The position numbers were made by a program, and so were the translations under genes. The notes beneath the pieces are model-generated. The model did no database searches and was not told the DNA's origin. It saw nothing but the letters and a program-made list of their open reading frames with translations. A DNA stretch of 54,588 nt from Hypanus sabinus (lineage: Eukaryota), in assembly GCF_030144855.1 (NCBI RefSeq), contig NC_082714.1:127038001-127092588 (forward strand). Direction: 5' to 3'. Numbering within the stretch: the first letter of the stretch is position 1; every line of letters begins with the position of its first letter. Of this stretch, positions 49,745 to 54,588 are shown one piece after another.

Positions 49745-51200
49745 ATACAGATCTAATGAAAGGTACACTTTGTTCCAACATGCCCATGCCAACCAAGGTG
49801 CCAATCTGAGCTGGTTCCATTTGCCTACGTTTGACTCTTATTTCTCTCTAAGTCTTTCATACTTCGACCTTCCTGTCCAAAAGTCTTTTAAAAGCTGCAA
49901 TTGAATATGTCTTTACCACTTCCCCAGCAGCCCATTCCATATACCTTCCAGCCTCTGTGCAGTAAAACCTGCCCCATGCGTCTCTTTAAATATTCCCTTG
50001 TTACCCTAAACCCATGCTCTTAGGTTTTAGACTCCTCTATCACGCAGAAAAAAGACAGTGACCATCCTCCTATGCCATGCCCCACCTAGGTTTATAAACA
50101 ATTGAGATCCCACCTTGTCTTCCTTTGTTGCAGGAAAACAGACCCACCCTATTCACTCTCTGCTTATAACTCAAGCCTCATCCTTGTGAACTTACCAACA
50201 TCTTGTAGCAGTTCTTGTATTCAGTCCCCTATCCAATGAAGGCACGTGTACTGGATACCTTCTTCACCACTTTGTTGACCTGTGTTACCATAGTCAGTGA
50301 ACTGTATCTCTCTGTTCTACAACATTGCCTAGGCCCCACTGTGCATTTCCTACCCTGGTTAAATTTCCAAAATACATTGCTTCGCACTTGTCTTAGTTGT
50401 ATTCCATATTCCATCTGTTATTCCCAACCCCATTTCTGCAGATGATCCTGTTGTAACCTTAGACACTTACTTCACTGTCCATCACATCACCAAACCTGAT
50501 GTCAACTGCAGACTTACTGATCATGCTACCTTCACCAAATTGACAAACAACAGGGGATCCTGTACTGATCTCTGCTGCACATTACTAGTCATAGGCCTTC
50601 AATCTGAAAAACAGCCCACCATCGCGCCCTTTATCCATCAAGCGATCTTTGTAATCAAAAGTCTATCTCTCTCTGGATCCCATACTATCCAACCTTCCAT
50701 TTCAGGCTACCATATAGGGCCCTGTCAGAAGCTTTGCTAAATCCATGTAGACATCAATCACCTCCTCCAGCCTTATCAATCATTTTAGTTATCTCTTCAA
50801 AAAAAAACTCAATAATATTCATGAGACACAGACTTCCAGGCACAAGGCCTTGCTGACTATCTCTAATCTGTCCTTGCATTTCCAAATACAAAATAGATTC
50901 TGTCTCTCAGTATATTCTTCAGTAACTTCCCCACTCAACTTTTCCCAAGGTCCTGTCCAATGCCATCAAAATTAGCCTTGCTCCAGTTCATGACTTTAAT
51001 TTGTAGACCACTTCAATCTTCTTCTACCACTCTATTAAAACAGGTATTATGGCAACAGATCCTAATGTGCACCCACTCTGATACTTCAGTCACTTTCCCC
51101 ACCTCGTTTTCCAATAGGTGGTAATGTATTGTCTTTGTCGAGTAGGGCTGTCTGCAAATCGCTTGAGAAAGCATTTCTGGATGCACTTGACAAATTTATG
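49745..51200 (-). mobile_element. Older degenerate CR1 ORF2 fragment
   Basis: Collinear with 46300-47600 (gctttgctaaatccatgtagac encodes VYMDLAKL; QVNKVVKK). Confidence 0.8.
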
Positions 51201-51859
51201 TTACAATCAATGACTGTCATTTTAAAGCTATTACTATAAGGATCTTCTTATGTAATTGTTCTCTTGGCTGTGGAGATGTGTATAAGTTCTGGAGTGCTGA
51301 CTGCAGATTCGCCTTGTTTTGAGGTCCCTGTGTCTTATGTGGATTTGTCTGGACACAGTGCAAATTAATTTTTAGATATGTGGGCCTCAAAGAGAACACG
51401 CAGTGATTGAAATTTTTTAAAAAATAGCAAAGGAAACATGAAGGATCATGATAAAAACATTTAATGGTTTTGGATAATATTCCTATAGCTATCTTGAAAT
51501 CCAGGTATCTTTGTCTTCATATATCAATATTTTGTGTGCGTTGTTAATGGAAGATTGCTCGTATGCAGGAAGTGTAATTTCCCCAGACTTGTTTGAAACT
51601 AATAGCAAAGCTAAGGAAAGAATTTTGTTCATTGTGGATTAACTTTAGGATGGTTGACATGGTCAACTGTTTCTTAAAAGGGTCTTAAAAATCAATGCGA
51701 TTTGATGTTCAACTTGTAAGGAAAATTATTGCCTGTAAAATACACCTTTGATTTAAGTGTATTTGGGTCAACTAGGCAAAGGATTAAATTAGAATGAAGT
51801 GTTTCCTAGAGAAAACACCAGAGGTGGCATATGGCAAATAATGAACATGTTTCTATGGT

Positions 51860-52146
51860 GCCGTGGTGGTGCAGTGATTCACATGATGCTACAGTATTAC
51901 AATTCAGGGTGTCCATGCTCAGAGTTCAATTCCGGCACCCTTTGTAAGGAGTCCTCCCCATGGAATGAGTGTGTTTCTTCCAGGTGCCCTGATTTTCTCC
52001 CACAGCTCTAACCCACCTGTTAGCAGGTCATTGTAAGTTGTCCAATGATTAGGCTAGGGCTAAACTGATGGGTTGTTGGCAATGTGGCTCAAAGGGCCAG
52101 AAGGGCCTATTCTGCTCTGTATCTCCTTGAAATAAATTAAAAATAA
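51860..52146 (+). mobile_element. Full-length tRNA-derived SINE (V-SINE/HE1-like)
   Basis: A-box-like tggtgcagtga, B-box gagttcaattcc (51922-51933), a V-like core, the CR1-like tail gggccagaagggcctattctgctctgtatctc and an A-rich end. Confidence 0.82.
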
Positions 52147-53067
52147 GGAGATGAAACAATCAATACATTTTGGTATATAATAGTAATATCTCCTTTAAAA
52201 ATTAGAACCCAGTCTAACAAACTCTTGCTGAGTATACACTGCAGTAACCAATATTTCATTCCCCTTATCAAATATAACTGCTGGACAGTTTAAAGAATGA
52301 ATTAGGAATATTTTCTGTATGCACGATACTCCTCCCCTTGAAGTGAAGAATCTATTAATGGCCTTTTGCAGGGTAGGATTTTTATTCCAATTACAATCAT
52401 GGCAACGAAGCTCCAGAGCTTATATTTGAACACAATATTGAAAGATAGCAGAGCTTAAAGGTCATGACAAAAAGGTTAATGAAACAGCAAGTCTGGCTCC
52501 TGTATCTAATATGACATGAAGTTGCCAGAACATTTCCAGTAACATATACAGTGAGATTGATAGTGGAGTGGAAGTAATTTCAGCTAAAAATATAGAACTG
52601 AAATGGTGCTTGAAGTTGACGTTTCAGGGGTTTAACCCTCTGCTGAACAAGAGAATGAACTTGTACTGAAGTAGAGATTTTCTAGTAAGATGGCAGCTTT
52701 TCCAAGAGAAGCCATGGCTTCAATTTTTGGATCAGCTTCCTTGGGCATACAGTATACAGTGCTAGTTCTACACAGATCCATGGTCACTTTTGATTTACAT
52801 CATATCCTAGTGAGTTGGCTGCTGGGGGGTGAGTGAGAAATTCACCCTGCTGCCTAGGGCTTTGAATCTTGCATAAGACAAATGTCAGCAAAGCAACAGC
52901 AGCTACGTTGTAAACATTACCAAATAATTAACTCCATTGTTGTAACTGGCTGGTTTCCTGTGTATGGTCCCAAGTGCACTAGGAAACTACCCTCCACTGA
53001 GCTCTCTGGTTACAATATTCATATATGCAAAAGATGTGAAAAGGAATGAGAACGAACATGCTTATGA

Positions 53068-54276
53068 ACAATTCCTCCGTCTCCGCCGCATCCGCTCTGA
53101 GGATGAGGCTTTTCATTCCAGAACAAAGGAGGTGTCCTTTTTTCAAAGAAAGGAGCTTTCCTTCCTCCACCATCAACGCTGTCCTCAACTGCATCTCGTT
53201 TATTTCACGTATGTTTGCTCTCACCCCATCCTCGCTACAAGGGATAGGATAGGTTCCTCTTGTCCTCAGTTTCACTCCACCAGCCTCCGCATCCAGCACG
53301 TAATTGCTTCCACCATCTCCAGCAGGATCCCACCAGCAAGCACATTTTCCCTCCCCCCCACCCACCTTCTGCTTTCTGCAGTGGTTGCTTCCTACATGAC
53401 TCCTTTGTCCATTTGTGCTGTTCCCCCAACCCCCATCCACAGTTCTCCATCCTGGTACTTACCCTTACAAGCAGAACAAATGCAACACCTGCCTCTACAC
53501 CTCCTCCCTCAATCCTTCCAGGTGAGGCAACACTTCACCTGTGAGCCTATTGGGGTCATGTACTGTGTCTGGTGCTCTCAGTATGGCCTCCTGTTTATTG
53601 GTGAGACCTGACGTAGATCGGGAGACCGCTTTGCTGAGCACCTACAATCTGTCACCCAGAAGGAGCGGGATCCCAATGGCCACCATTTTAATTCCACTTT
53701 CCATTCCCATTTCCATTTCCATTCAGATATGTCAACCCATGGGTAGCTCTACTGTCATGGTGAGGCCACACTCAGATTGGAGGAACAACACCTTATATCC
53801 CGTCTGGGTAGCCTCCAACTTGATGGCATGAACATTGACTTCTCGAACTTCCGGTATTGCCCCCCCCCCCCCCCCGGCCCTTCACCATTCCACATCCCCT
53901 ATTCCCTCTCTTACCTTATCTCCTTTCCGGTCCATCACCTCCCTCTGTTGCTTCTTCCCCCCTTTCTTTCTTCCGTGGCCTTCTGTCCTCTCCTATTAGA
54001 TTCCTGCTTCTCCAGCCCTGTATCTCTTTCCCCAATCAAATTCCTAGCTCGTTGCTTCACACCTCCCCCTCCCAGATTTACTATCACTTGTTGTTTCTAC
54101 CTCCCTTTCCCCCACCCTTTTAAATCATCATCTTTTTTTTTCCAGTCCTGCTGAAGGGTCTCTGGCTGAAAAGTCAATTGTATTCTTTTCCATAGACACT
54201 GCCTGGCCTGCTGAGTTCCTCCAGCATTTTGTGTGTGTTGCTTGGATTTCCATCATCCACAGATTTTCTCTTGTTT
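53068..54276 (+). mobile_element. Penelope-like element 3' half with GIY-YIG and pLTR
   Basis: QFLRLRRIRSEDEAFHSRTKE, SFQVRQHFTCEPIGVMYCVWCSQYGLLFIGET and EEQHLISRLGSLQLDGMNIDFSNFR. The pLTR lies at 54141-54276. Same family as 35385-36552. Confidence 0.93.
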
Positions 54277-54588
54277 ATGAGCAACATTTTTTAAACGCCA
54301 TCTCATATTCTGTATCTGTAGCCTGTGTCCCTAGACTGTTGTACAGTTAGACTACTGCAGCCTGAACGGTTCTTAACACGTTTACTGTCACCAAAGATTA
54401 CTTAGTTGTCAGACAACAAAAGCCCCAAAGTGATGCATTTGTATCATTAGCATCTCTCTGGAATCTATTGAAGGTTGCTAGGTCATTGCTTAGCAACCAG
54501 TAAGTGCTCCAAGTAAAGATGCAAGGTGACATTTTGCTAGCCATCTCATGTGAAGGAAAATGGAGGTTGTTTGGAACAAATAGAGCTA

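Noticed and set aside
51860-51935. tRNA gene
   Set aside because: The A/B boxes belong to a SINE head. There is no cloverleaf, and the sequence continues into a SINE core and tail.
1-54588. CRISPR array, prokaryotic operon or novel multi-gene system
   Set aside because: There are no regularly spaced repeats and no intact gene cluster. The content is vertebrate repeat-rich non-coding DNA.

Overview
This is eukaryotic, AT-rich, repeat-dense genomic DNA. The repeat repertoire points to a cartilaginous fish, probably a ray (inference): CR1/HER1-type LINEs, HE1/V-SINE-like SINEs, Rex1/Babar, RTE, Tx1, Penelope-like elements with GIY-YIG, Tc1, Harbinger and a Gypsy-like gag relic. I found no host exon, rRNA, tRNA or CRISPR array I can support. 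Every recognisable ORF is a degenerate transposable-element fragment, so the window is probably intronic or intergenic. The most notable structures are: (i) several Penelope terminal repeats carrying minimal hammerhead-ribozyme cores that have decayed mainly at CpG sites; (ii) a near-perfect 103-bp inverted repeat at 27623-27872 built from one such hammerhead-like repeat; (iii) a three-copy ~65-bp palindromic unit at 41791-42287; (iv) a Harbinger deletion derivative with intact TIRs and a TTA target duplication; (v) several clean nested insertions; and (vi) a strong CTCF motif. I do not see evidence for a new multi-gene system. Family names come from recalled motifs, not database searches. Boundaries are approximate unless a TSD or TIR is given.
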